In this document: positions 20,101-29,000 of the stretch, in pieces
How positions within the stretch are numbered: the stretch's first letter is position 1
Layout: each line of letters opens with the position of its first letter
Source: an uncultured Muribaculaceae bacterium
Lineage (GTDB): Bacteria; Bacillota_I; Bacilli_A; RF39; UBA660
Reading direction: 5' to 3'
DNA: 64,000 nt
Assembly (NCBI GenBank): GCA_964630365.1
Contig: CAZVUP010000003.1
Span: 98-64,097, forward strand
Notes under the pieces: generated by a model
Database searches by the model: none
The model's input: the letters and a program-made list of their open reading frames with translations, nothing else
Told to the model about the DNA's origin: nothing
Position numbers and translations under genes: made by a program

Positions 20101-21976
20101 TCAGTTAATTGATTTTGCTGATGGAAGCACAACATTTAGTGTTTTAGATTTTGATGCTAGTGGCTTAAATCAAGGAGTAAGCTTAGTTGATCCAAATAAT
20201 GTTCCAAGAATAGGGGCAACACAAGCTGAGGCAAATAGTGTATTTGGTCTTGCGATGAAAGCAGAAACACAAGAATGGACAGGACATGGAACAACAAAAT
20301 ATTATAGTAGTAGTCCACGTTATGATGGTACTCTAAATTATAAAACCGATACAAGAAAGTTACCGCCATCATTGATGTTTTACTTATATCATACTAAAAA
20401 TATTGATGCCCAAGGTCCTCTTGGAACAGTAGTTGTTACTTTAAGAGCAGAAATTCCTAAGAATGCTATTGAATATGATATTAAATATATAACAATAACT
20501 ATTGATTTAGTTGCGAAAAAATATAATGATGCTGATAGTTATGATGCTTCTATTACTTATGATAAAAAGTATGAAATGCCTTCATCAACTTCAGTTAATA
20601 TTACAAATCAGAGTCAGTTTACAGCATATTTTTCAATGATTGCTAATACTAATGATTTTGAAGAATTTTATGGTCATAATAATAGTAATTATCGTGTTTT
20701 AACTAGTAATAATCCATTACCTGTTGGAACATTAATTACAATGATTGATAATGCACAAAATAGTAGTCGACCGGAATATTATTATTTTGAAGTTACTGAT
20801 AGCGTTTATAATAATTCACTTACACAGTTACAAAACGATCATGAAGTTAGTTATCGACTTAGTGATTTTATAAAAATGGATAGTACTAGTACTAATAATA
20901 CTTATAGTGATCAAGATGCTAATTTAGCTTATTATGATTCAGATATAGGTATAGTAGATGAAGAGTTCTTATTCATATTTGATTTTAAAGAGACTACTGT
21001 TACAGGAAATCATCCGGGTAATACGATTCTTTTTGAAATGCGGAATAATGAAGATAGAACAGTTTATAATGTATTAGGTATTAGACAAAGTTTAATGGTT
21101 TATAATACTTTTGAAAGTAGTAATGTTGTATTACAACAAAATATAGATTTTGGTGAACCATATATTTATTATGGAATTGATCATGAATATGGATACTCAA
21201 CACTTGTTCAGTATAATGAAACAGAAAATAGACAGCCAGTAATTGATACTAATTATGAATCTAGTAATATGGGTATTAATATTTCACTTCTTGATAGAAA
21301 TGGTGATGCTGTTAGTTCAAGTTTACTTATTGGTACAAGTATTAATATTAATAATCAAGAATATTTTGCTGATGGAGATGGAATATTTAGAATAAAACTG
21401 GCTGATAAAGTTACGAACTTAAGTATTAGACCAAAAATAACTGCTACTAAAGATTTACCAGTTGGGGAGTATACACTTCGTTGTACACTATTCGCATCAA
21501 GTGATGGACTTCATAATTCAGTTTATGAAAATTCTGTAACACAAGAATTTACAGTTCATGTAGTTGGTAGTGATAATGCTATTGTTGTAGATAGTAATGA
21601 TTTAGAAAAAGTAGTAATTGGGGAAAATGGTCTTAATTTAAATGATAGTAAGACTAATACTTATACTGTTACTTATGAATCAGAGCTTAACAATCCAAAT
21701 TTAAGAGTAGAAATTTATAAGAGAAAAGTTAATGATGTTAACTCAACAGAGTATGAGTCTATTCCATTTAATAATCTATTTAAAGAGAGATTAACTGCTA
21801 CAACAGGAAATGAAAAATATATAAATATTGGTAATTCTAATACTGGTAATGTTAGTTTTACACTTAATGATACTTTAATAAGTGGTACTTATAAAATAGT
21901 ATTTAAGCTTTATGATAATAATCAAATTATTGATGATGATGTAAAGTATGTAATTGTCAAAAAAAGTGTCGAATAA
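14135..21976 (+). CDS. Giant secreted beta-helix adhesin-like protein (~2.6k aa)
   Basis: N-terminal signal-anchor KKIFIYISAALTLVLVAFFSYSL. AGNGTQDNPYVISTPEEFAYF ... FRGHFDGAGYKISNI module typical of Gram-positive beta-helix surface proteins. About two dozen (Y/F)GG(G/S)N rungs. GTG 14135 fits the AGGAAG SD; GTG 14126 is the longest ORF. Confidence 0.85.
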   Translation: MKINSVSKKIFIYISAALTLVLVAFFSYSLITGKISFGAPEDGWDGVSVAASFKAGNGTQDNPYVISTPEEFAYFKNVIEGDNYTSFSDKYYILDNDIDLNNKEISSIGNVNLEEERVFRGHFDGAGYKISNILLLNNGLFTKTEDASIDNLILDNIEIRVEDNNDIGFLIGDVSLSEDNTSSFNNIVINNFKIDISNIDRVMNINILTSKVVEKVSFKNIFLKGKIINNELDNTIGLINGEILGDVSNIITDISLDGFDFKREEINKQYFVLDDGIYLDNKIVDTKEFLDVFNDGLVDYYWDYTDAGIIFKKKEEVMNKVNETPKFSFSIRRAPSISLHASGIENNIVYINDLDSDYNHYMGLNYTTSSSETLPTGVNQGIYSNDNLVKVYIHYSSVDINDDSIFGTVSNTEAYKDIYYYKYYPVVDGYVSFDLIDNPWANRPNGKAFNGWVAIDEAAKVSLDMDTYTRKVKVPATGGETINLEFLTSWTEATTVTSNSFTNLKSRGMVHYAPTTETIYEDMSVYYVEKEIGWRTNYPTGQNIYTTGGTLITDTRCGSFFGCSYLIKNDTSEYDAGTTYYELTFLANGNANVSRHTATYTVVVTPYFNNGENMGGNFEKVTVGNGGSLEGLYNNTGNILSGSCTTNSCVAYKLVQYYDENGNLSIVDSNKDYYYLVTRDTNIMALSSTVSDVNGSKPVTITGLNNGVLRNATIRIDSSNYSLSLNADTRIEYINIQSTANNSSSLTSNFSSSIGSNVIVANYNNLKIGRGINVTNNKRISGVWGGTALRTSYTQGSSNSLTRYSLIVESGDYNNIYFSESSQAEGTLFVDAYCILGNDIDRIKNNNSSLDVNYSFQGNAGKDFAMRGVNDLSRLYNITVKSGSYGTGKSGIYSGIYVGGRGGLVRGNRSIIVEGGYIYSLIGGLGPLEEVKNLNAIYINLKGGSTDMVFAASGSGDTYGNRIVNATGGIVNYAIFGGSNGSTITATSSDNGILHGDTFVYVGGNCVVGDTSITEPLFGVDPGSVFGAGNGNTNKDTLGSTDNASIVIDGNATINGNVYGGGNFGSVGALSDSNTCQTNIIINGGNISGSVYGGGNNRGSGSDDVSSTVNIAVNNGHISSSVYGGSRTKGIIYGDTNVTINGGDIDADVYGGGEGGYTDTNNYGTYVADNVSVVVNNGNIDGNVYGGSAYGSVNTLVQNATASTSTTEVTINGGVIHENVFGGAKGSSDYTPQVAGDIEVNVNGGNVGAVYGGFDASGSPTAGDVVYLTDGIIGNAYGGGRNASQATTDIRLQGADVTGDLFGGSNLNGTINTSNVTVTSGTVSNIYGGNNIDGTTVTSNVNVTGGDISGDIYGGGNKASTTTSNVVITGTTVNDIYGGGKEAGVDTTNVEINNTTSGTVYGGSNISGNVNSSDVSVNNSTLTALYGGNNQGGRVEDATLEVNNSNIGNVFGGGNNAQTGDSHVTVNSGNITNLFGGGNNSGGYTASTSVNVTGGVIGTIYGGGNEAQTGSATTTLGSCQATDVYGGGNAAGVNLNTELTINSTTVNNNIYGGGNEGVVNGNTKVYVHNGIIKGNAFAGGNGSSAIVYKNSEITIDGASVIGTESSVAPNGGCVFGSGNAASTGSSSTNNSKATVNLVGGKVYGNVYGGPKMAVVYGTTDTNIGYAAVNDNTLTKDDIIISGTVFGGGESNASGSETYDWNFISVTQGIDVNINGTGYNDNNLDFIINGSIFGSGNASSSSGESNIYIKNLGTLEKPNKSISIQRANYLEIDSSVIELSGTTDRTNEYSDILYSFNMIDKMVIKNGTTLLLMHNANMLKELYSGVDSGGTLVPAVVDIDDENKTITKNVDNRIYMKPGQNLNVTINQAATAYGKVTGMTFFGMYSQYENGHYNFGLYDKNVNYGDAGSASMMVVGGSYVIGLHSVNHDITKDGFYSNYLDEEFTEVSTAYIDPSEIGETGYRWIIGFEAINYSFTLNASKYSSLGTNELQLIDFADGSTTFSVLDFDASGLNQGVSLVDPNNVPRIGATQAEANSVFGLAMKAETQEWTGHGTTKYYSSSPRYDGTLNYKTDTRKLPPSLMFYLYHTKNIDAQGPLGTVVVTLRAEIPKNAIEYDIKYITITIDLVAKKYNDADSYDASITYDKKYEMPSSTSVNITNQSQFTAYFSMIANTNDFEEFYGHNNSNYRVLTSNNPLPVGTLITMIDNAQNSSRPEYYYFEVTDSVYNNSLTQLQNDHEVSYRLSDFIKMDSTSTNNTYSDQDANLAYYDSDIGIVDEEFLFIFDFKETTVTGNHPGNTILFEMRNNEDRTVYNVLGIRQSLMVYNTFESSNVVLQQNIDFGEPYIYYGIDHEYGYSTLVQYNETENRQPVIDTNYESSNMGINISLLDRNGDAVSSSLLIGTSININNQEYFADGDGIFRIKLADKVTNLSIRPKITATKDLPVGEYTLRCTLFASSDGLHNSVYENSVTQEFTVHVVGSDNAIVVDSNDLEKVVIGENGLNLNDSKTNTYTVTYESELNNPNLRVEIYKRKVNDVNSTEYESIPFNNLFKERLTATTGNEKYINIGNSNTGNVSFTLNDTLISGTYKIVFKLYDNNQIIDDDVKYVIVKKSVE
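17050..19350 (+). repeat. Degenerate tandem coding repeats (~19-22 codons, xVYGGGNxxxxG rungs) inside the giant adhesin gene
   Basis: NVYGGGNFG, SVYGGGNNR, DVYGGGEGG, NIYGGNNID, DIYGGGNKA, TIYGGGNEA, NIYGGGNEG and others. tatggtggtggtaat recurs at the DNA level. Confidence 0.8.
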
Positions 21977-22012
21977 ATATTTTAAATTAATATCTTTTAT
22001 GATAAAATTAGG

Positions 22013-22753
22013 ATGGTGATACTAGTGAAGAAAGTTTTACGTTTTTGTTGGTCATTTATAGAAGTTGTTATTATTGTTTATGCAATTATTCTTACTTCAT
22101 TTATTTTAAGTAGAAATAAATATGGCTATACACAATTTGGAGATTATACTTTTTATAATGTTAGTTTAATTGGGGAAACTAATATTGATAATGTTAAAAA
22201 GGGCGATTTATTAATAGTTAAGAATTCTAATGATATTAATAAAGGTGATTTGATTTATTATTATGCTGTTTTTGATGATAATTATCTTATTAAAAGTGAT
22301 GTAGTAGTTGATGCTAAAAAGGAAGATGCTGCTGCTTTATATACTGTTGATGATGGAAATAATTTAACTGTTTCTTCAAATAAAGTATTGGGTAAATACT
22401 CATCTGTTTATCCTAAGTGGGGTAGTGTACTTACTGTTTTAGAGAGTAGAATAGGATTCTTATTCTTGGTACTTTTACCAATCATTATAGTGTTCATTTA
22501 TCAAATATATGAGTTTGTTATTATTCTTCGTTATGAAAAAGTTGAAGATGATGAAGATGATGGTAGCGATAAAAAACTTTATGATTTGAAAAAAACTGAA
22601 TCTAATTATATTAAACAAGAAGAGCCAGTTAAAGAAGAAGAACCTGTTATTGAAAAGGTAGTTGAAGAGCTTGATGATTCCCCTGTTACAGATGAAGTTG
22701 AATCTCTAGAGTCTGACAATAAGAAAGAAGAGGAAGAAATAGAAATATTATAA
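22013..22753 (+). CDS. SipW-like pseudo-peptidase (S26 fold signature with catalytic residues replaced) with an acidic C-terminal tail
   Basis: Same architecture as the two SipW genes (TM, beta-rich core, second TM, tail). However, the Ser box reads FYNVSLIGETNI and the His box reads NYLIKSDVV. Ends in EEEEIEIL. Confidence 0.6.
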   Translation: MVILVKKVLRFCWSFIEVVIIVYAIILTSFILSRNKYGYTQFGDYTFYNVSLIGETNIDNVKKGDLLIVKNSNDINKGDLIYYYAVFDDNYLIKSDVVVDAKKEDAAALYTVDDGNNLTVSSNKVLGKYSSVYPKWGSVLTVLESRIGFLFLVLLPIIIVFIYQIYEFVIILRYEKVEDDEDDGSDKKLYDLKKTESNYIKQEEPVKEEEPVIEKVVEELDDSPVTDEVESLESDNKKEEEEIEIL

Positions 22754-22776
22754 GTAGGAGAAATCCTACTTTTTTT
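22753..22776 (+). terminator. Rho-independent terminator
   Basis: AGTAGGA-gaaa-TCCTACT plus T6. The same 24-nt sequence recurs at 31273-31296. Confidence 0.75.
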
Positions 22777-22789
22777 GTTTGTCCAATTA

Positions 22790-22818
22790 TTGTTTTAGGT
22801 GATTATTTGTGATACAAT
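22790..22818 (+). promoter_or_regulatory. Sigma-A-type promoter with extended -10
   Basis: TTGTTT-N17 (ending TGa)-TACAAT upstream of the vWA adhesin operon. Confidence 0.5.
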
Positions 22819-22856
22819 CTTATCAGAATAATGCTTGATTATAATAGGTGAAGTGT

Positions 22857-25800
22857 ATGGGTAAGAAAAAATATATTATATTTATATTCATAATTTCAAT
22901 AATAGCACTATCATATTTTGCATATGATAGTTTTGCTGGTAGAATGGATGAACCAATTCCAAGTATTGAAATAAAATCGGAAAATGCTAATTATGATAGT
23001 GAAGAAGCTGGTGCTTGGAAAGTTACAAAGTCGGCTAAATGGAAAAATAAATGGCAAGCAAAAGTTACAATTGATGTTAATACTGTAGCAAAAAGCGATA
23101 GTTTGTATAGAGATTATGTGTTGGTTTTAGATACCTCTGTTTCTATGGAAGGTAACAAAATAAATGTACTTAAGAATAATGCTCGAGAACTGGTTGAAGA
23201 CTTACTTACTGATGATGGAAATAAGGTGTCTTTAATAAGCTTTAATACAAATTCAAGTGTTTTAAAGGAGTTAACAATTGACAAAGAAAGTTTATTGCAA
23301 GAAATAGATAGTTTAATTGCATATGGTGATACAAATTATTATAAAGCATTAGTTAGTGTTGATGAAGTATTAGAGCATAATACAAATGATAGGGATGCGG
23401 TTGTCTTATTTTTAACTGATGGATATCCAAATTTAAACACTCCTAATGAAGTTGCACAATATAAATATTTGAAAAATAAATATAAAAATGTAAGTTTTGT
23501 TGGTATTCAGTATGAAATGGGTGATAAGATTTTGTTACCATTAAAAAACATTACTGAAAATCAATATATAGCGGATATGGAAAATCTTCATAATGTATTG
23601 TTTGATGCAGTAAAAAAACATCTTAATTATAGTGAGTTTGTAGTTACTGATTTTGTTGATGATCGTTATTTTGAAAATGTTAGTAATATTAGTGTAACAG
23701 TTGGGAAAGTTGAATTAATCAATAATAAAATTGTGTGGAATGCTAATAATTTGGTTTCTGGTGATTTGAAAAGGCAACAATTGACTTTTAATATAGATTT
23801 AAGGCGTAGCTATCAAAATATGGGTGGAATATATTCTACTAATAATGGAATGAATATCAAAACTAAAATTGGTGATTTAGAAGATAATATATCAGTTGAT
23901 ATAACTCCAAAATTGAGTGATAAGTATATTGTTAGTTATGATATTAATGCTCCCGGTAACTGTAATCTTTCAAATTTACCAAATAACGAAGAAAATTTTG
24001 TTTTTGATATTGTTAAAATAAATGATGTTAAATATAGCTGTAATGGTTATCAATTTAAGGGCTGGGAAATGAAAAATGATAATGTTATAAGCGTTAATGA
24101 TGATTATTTTGTAATGCCTGAAGCAAATGTTGAATTTACAGGTGTATGGTCAAAGTTAAATGTTTCTAAATCAGCTGATGGAACTATTTCTAAAGTTCAA
24201 ACTTTATATGGTGTTATGCAAGATCAGGCTGTGTTAGATAATATTAGGAGCGATTTTGTAACGTCAAATGCAGGAATTAATTTTTCTAGTATTGCTTCTA
24301 ACTCAAATGGAAAAGGTGTTTATGAAGTTTCGTCTAGTAAAAATGATGAATACCCAACTTATTATTATAGGGGAGCTGTTCAAAATAATAATGTATTATT
24401 TGCTGATGTGTGTTGGAAAGCAGTAGTATCTACTCCTACCGGTGGTGTTAAACTCGTTTATAATGGTTTGCCAAAAAGTGATGGTAGTTGCAATAATACT
24501 GGTGTTGATAGTCAAATAGGTACTAATTATTATAGTAAAACAGTTAGATTTGCTGATGTTGGTTATATGCCTGGAATTCATCATGCTTATGAGAATAAAG
24601 ATATAAGTAGTGCTTGGTATACATATATTGGACGTACTGGTTATAAGAAAACTATTTTACTTGAGAAGAAAAATATGCGTGCTACTAATTATTATTATTC
24701 TGATAGTATAAATTGGGATGAAGAAAAACAAAAATATGTTCTTTCTAATGTAAATGAGTCATCTGTGACTCAATTAACATGGGAATCCAATTATTCTAAG
24801 TTAGGAGGAAAATATACATGTTTTAGTACAACTTCAACTGAGTGTAGTACTGTTTATTATATTTCTAAAACTTTCACAAATAGTACTTATTATATTCAAT
24901 TGTCTGGTGGTAATTTGAATAAAAGTCGAATGATTGGAAACAATCCAGTTTATGATTCTGAAACAAATATGTATACGCTTAATAATGTAGTTGATGTTTC
25001 GACTACATGGTATCCTAATTATGGTCGGTATGCAAATAGAGAATATTACTTTTGCGATGATTTAGTTTCAACTACTTGTAGTAAATTGTTTTATATTTAT
25101 ACAGGTGATTATACAACTGCTACTGGTGCAGATATATCTAATGGTGAAACTTATGATGAATTATATAATCAAGCTAAGCAAACTAAATGGTTGTTTGGAA
25201 ATGATATTGATTCTAATGGTAAACTTTTAAATACTATTGAGTTGTCTCCGGTTGATTGGAATAAAAATTATGATAAGATAGCTAATAATCATTATACTTG
25301 TTTTTCTGCTAGTGATGTTTGTGATGGTCAAAGTGTTCCATATATTTATTACTCAAATTCCTCAATGGTTAGATATATGCCTGTTCCAAAAGGACAAAAA
25401 CTTGGTGAAATATTAGATGATTTATTAGCAATAAATTTGGAACATACATCTAGTACTATTAAGGGTGATACTGTAACGGAAGGGACTATTGACTATTGGT
25501 ATTATAATAATATTGAATTAAAAGGTTTTAGTAAATATATAGAAGACACAGTTTATTGTAATGATCGTAGTGCAGCACAAAAAAATGGATGGGAACCTAA
25601 TGGTGGTGTTACTACGGGATATTATTTATATTTTGGTCCATATAATCGTACTGCAAAACCTTCAACTACTTGTCCTAGAAAATTAGATAGTTTTACAGTT
25701 TCAGATAGTATTGGTAATGGATTATTAACATATCCTGTTGGTCTACTTACTGCTGATGAAGCTCGTTTAGCTGGGGCATCATCTGGTTCGAATATTTCAC

Positions 25801-26024
25801 AATATTTATATACTGGACAGGAATATTGGTTAGGATCTCCTTACTCGTTTCATACTAATGGTATTGATTTTTGGCGAGTATCAAGTTCTGGACTCATTGG
25901 TACAGCAGATGTTTATCAAACTAAAAAGGGCGTTAGGCCAGTAATTTCTTTAAAACCTAAATCAATAATTGCTCAAGGTGATGGAACTAGTGCATCTCCA
26001 TATCAAATAGAAATGGAAGATTAG
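22857..26024 (+). CDS. Secreted vWA-domain adhesin, paralogue 1
   Basis: Signal-anchor KKKYIIFIFIISIIALSYFAYDSF. MIDAS VLVLDTSVSMEG ... FLTDGYPN. Listeria-Bacteroides-type repeat (YQFKGWEM...FVMPEANVEFTGVWSK). C-terminal YWLGSP ... GVRPVISLKP ... GDGTSASPYQIE module (DUF6273-like, from memory). Confidence 0.8.
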   Translation: MGKKKYIIFIFIISIIALSYFAYDSFAGRMDEPIPSIEIKSENANYDSEEAGAWKVTKSAKWKNKWQAKVTIDVNTVAKSDSLYRDYVLVLDTSVSMEGNKINVLKNNARELVEDLLTDDGNKVSLISFNTNSSVLKELTIDKESLLQEIDSLIAYGDTNYYKALVSVDEVLEHNTNDRDAVVLFLTDGYPNLNTPNEVAQYKYLKNKYKNVSFVGIQYEMGDKILLPLKNITENQYIADMENLHNVLFDAVKKHLNYSEFVVTDFVDDRYFENVSNISVTVGKVELINNKIVWNANNLVSGDLKRQQLTFNIDLRRSYQNMGGIYSTNNGMNIKTKIGDLEDNISVDITPKLSDKYIVSYDINAPGNCNLSNLPNNEENFVFDIVKINDVKYSCNGYQFKGWEMKNDNVISVNDDYFVMPEANVEFTGVWSKLNVSKSADGTISKVQTLYGVMQDQAVLDNIRSDFVTSNAGINFSSIASNSNGKGVYEVSSSKNDEYPTYYYRGAVQNNNVLFADVCWKAVVSTPTGGVKLVYNGLPKSDGSCNNTGVDSQIGTNYYSKTVRFADVGYMPGIHHAYENKDISSAWYTYIGRTGYKKTILLEKKNMRATNYYYSDSINWDEEKQKYVLSNVNESSVTQLTWESNYSKLGGKYTCFSTTSTECSTVYYISKTFTNSTYYIQLSGGNLNKSRMIGNNPVYDSETNMYTLNNVVDVSTTWYPNYGRYANREYYFCDDLVSTTCSKLFYIYTGDYTTATGADISNGETYDELYNQAKQTKWLFGNDIDSNGKLLNTIELSPVDWNKNYDKIANNHYTCFSASDVCDGQSVPYIYYSNSSMVRYMPVPKGQKLGEILDDLLAINLEHTSSTIKGDTVTEGTIDYWYYNNIELKGFSKYIEDTVYCNDRSAAQKNGWEPNGGVTTGYYLYFGPYNRTAKPSTTCPRKLDSFTVSDSIGNGLLTYPVGLLTADEARLAGASSGSNISQYLYTGQEYWLGSPYSFHTNGIDFWRVSSSGLIGTADVYQTKKGVRPVISLKPKSIIAQGDGTSASPYQIEMED

Positions 26025-26033
26025 GAGGTAATT

Positions 26034-29000
26034 ATGAAGAAAAAAATAGTTATAATTTTAATTGCTTTCTTAATTTTAGGAGGATTTGTAGCCTTTTTAG
26101 GAATTAGTTTTGCGGAAAAGATTCCAACCTCTATTCCTAGTATTGAAATAAAGTCTAGTAATACTAATTATGATAGAGAAGAAGCTGGTGCTTGGAAAGT
26201 TACTAAATCAGCTAAGTGGATAAGTAGAGGGAAAGCACGTATTACTTTTGATATTGATACTATAATTAAAAGTAATACTGACTATAAAGACTTTATTTTA
26301 GTTTTAGATACGTCTGTTTCAATGGAAGGTAATAAAGTTAGTCAAGTGAAAAGAGACGTAACAGAACTTATTAATGATCTTTTAGCGGATTCTGAAAATA
26401 GAATTGGATTAATTACTTTTTCAACAGAATCAAATATATTATCTGGATTATCTAATGATGTAGCTAATTTAACTGATAAGGTACAATCTATTACAGCAAT
26501 AGGTGATACAAATTATTATAAAGCCCTTGTTAATGTTGGTGAGGTGTTAGAAGAAAGTGCTAGTGATAGAGAAGCAGTTGTTTTGTTTTTAACTGATGGT
26601 ATTCCTAATTTAAATACTCCAAATGAAATTGCGCAATATAGATATTTAAAAGATAAATATGAGTATGTTACATTTACTGGTATTCAGTATGAAATGGGAG
26701 ATATTATTTCTCCTGCTTTAAAAAGAATATCTGATACTCAATATATATCAGATATGGATACACTTCATAATGTGTTGTTTGATGCAGTTAAAAACCATCT
26801 TAATTATGATAGTTTTAAAATAACAGATTATATTAATAGTGAGTATTTTACTGTTACTAATGATGTTACTAAAACAGTTGGCGAAGTAAGTATTAATAAT
26901 AATGAAGTAGTCTGGAATATTGATAATTTGATTTCTGGAAAAAGTGATAAAGAAACAATGACTATTGATATAGAATTAAAAGATTCGTATCTTGATTATG
27001 GTGGATCATTTCCAACAAATTCAAGTACTAAAATTGAATCTAAGATAGAAGATAGTATTGAAAACGTTACTACAGAAAATTCTCCAGAATTAAAAAATAA
27101 ATATTATGTTAGGTATGATGTTAATACTCCTAGTGGATGTAATATTAATAATATTGGTGCAGAAAGAATAGCAGTATTTTCTGTTTTTACAACTAATGAT
27201 CAAGAAATGAACTGTCCGGGTTATGAATTTAAAGGATGGGAGTTAATGACAGAAGAAGCTGGAAAGATAAATGATAATCATTTCGTAATGCCTGAAAAAG
27301 ATGTTGAATTCATGGGAACTTGGTCTAAACTTGATATAAAAAAATCGGCGGATGGAGTAGTTTCAAAAGTTCAGACGCTTTACAATATTATGAAAGATCA
27401 GGCAGTACCTGATAATATAGCATCTACTTATGTATCATCTACTAATGGAATTCGTTTTTCTAGTAATGCTTCTAATACAAATGGAAAAGGAGTGTATGAG
27501 GTAGCTTCTACTCATAATGATGAATATCCAATTTATTATTATCGTGGAGATATCGATAATAATAATGTTTTGTTTGCCGATATGTGTTTTAAGGCTGTTA
27601 TTTCTACATCCACTGGAGGAGTCAAGTTAATATATAATGGATTACCGTCAAGTACTGGAAATTGTGATAATACAGGTACTAATTCTCAAATAGGGACTAA
27701 AGCTTTTAATACAAATTGGAGTAGTCCTGGTGATGGGGGATATATGTATGGAGAAAGATATCCTTATAGTAGAAAAGCAATTAGTTCTGATTGGAAAGTA
27801 TATGTAAACAAAACCACAACAAATAAGAATGTTTATGAATCAAAAGATGTAGCTACAACAATTTATTATTATGGTGATATGGTTACTTGGGATAATGCAA
27901 GGAATGAATATGTACTTTCTAATTCTGATAATAGTGAATTATCTTTATTAACTTGGGAATCTAATTATAATGATTTAATAGGAGAATATACTTGTTTTAG
28001 TAGTTCTGGATCATCATGTGAAAGTGTTAACTATATTGGTGGAGGAACTGCGAGTACAGCTTATTATATTGCTTTATCAAATGGAAATAATATAGATAAA
28101 TATAGGTATGTAAGTAATGATATTTCATACAATTCTGAGACAGGAATGTATACTTTAAATAATCCTGTTAATGTAGCATCTACTTGGTATAAAAATTATA
28201 ATTCCTATAAAGGATATTATTTCTGTAATGATTTAAATTCTACAGTGTGTAGTACAGTTTATTATGTAGATAATGCAAATAATATTGTATATAATTATTA
28301 TTTTAAAGCTGTATCTATGTCCAATGGTGAAACTTATGATAGTTTATATCAACAAGCACTTAGTGTTAAGTGGCTATTTGGAAATCATACTGATGAAAAT
28401 GGTGTGTTACAAGATACGATAGAAATATCTCCTTTGACATATAATTCTCAAGGAAAAAATGAAATTAGTAGGAATCATTATACATGTTTTACGACAGGTG
28501 ATACTTGTAGTGGTGATAAAGTTTATTATGATTATTTATATTATAATGGATATACTTACTATATTTCTTTACCTAAAGGGAAATCAGTGGAAACGGCTTT
28601 ATCTGAGATGCTGGATTATAATACTTATTCTAGTACAATAAAAGGTAGTAAAAATACAGTTGGAACTGTAGATTGGTGGTATTATAATAACATTGAGTTG
28701 AAAGAATATGGCAATTATATTGAGGATACAATTTATTGTAATGATAGAAGTTTGGCATATTCTAATTATGGAGTTTGGAATCCAAACGGGGGCAATGGGT
28801 TGCTTAGATTTGCAGCTAGTTATAGAACTTCTAATCCCACTATAATTTGTCCAAGAGACACTGATAAGTTTACAGTATCAGATACTATTGGAAATGGTGC
28901 GTTAGACTATCCAGTTGGTTTATTAACTGATGATGAGTTAAGATTTGCTGGGTTAAATACATATTTAAAAACAGGAAGTAATTATTGGTTACTATCGCCT

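Noticed and set aside
19625-20372. Minus-strand ORFs 19625-19807 and 20157-20372
   Set aside because: They are antisense to the giant adhesin gene, with no signals.
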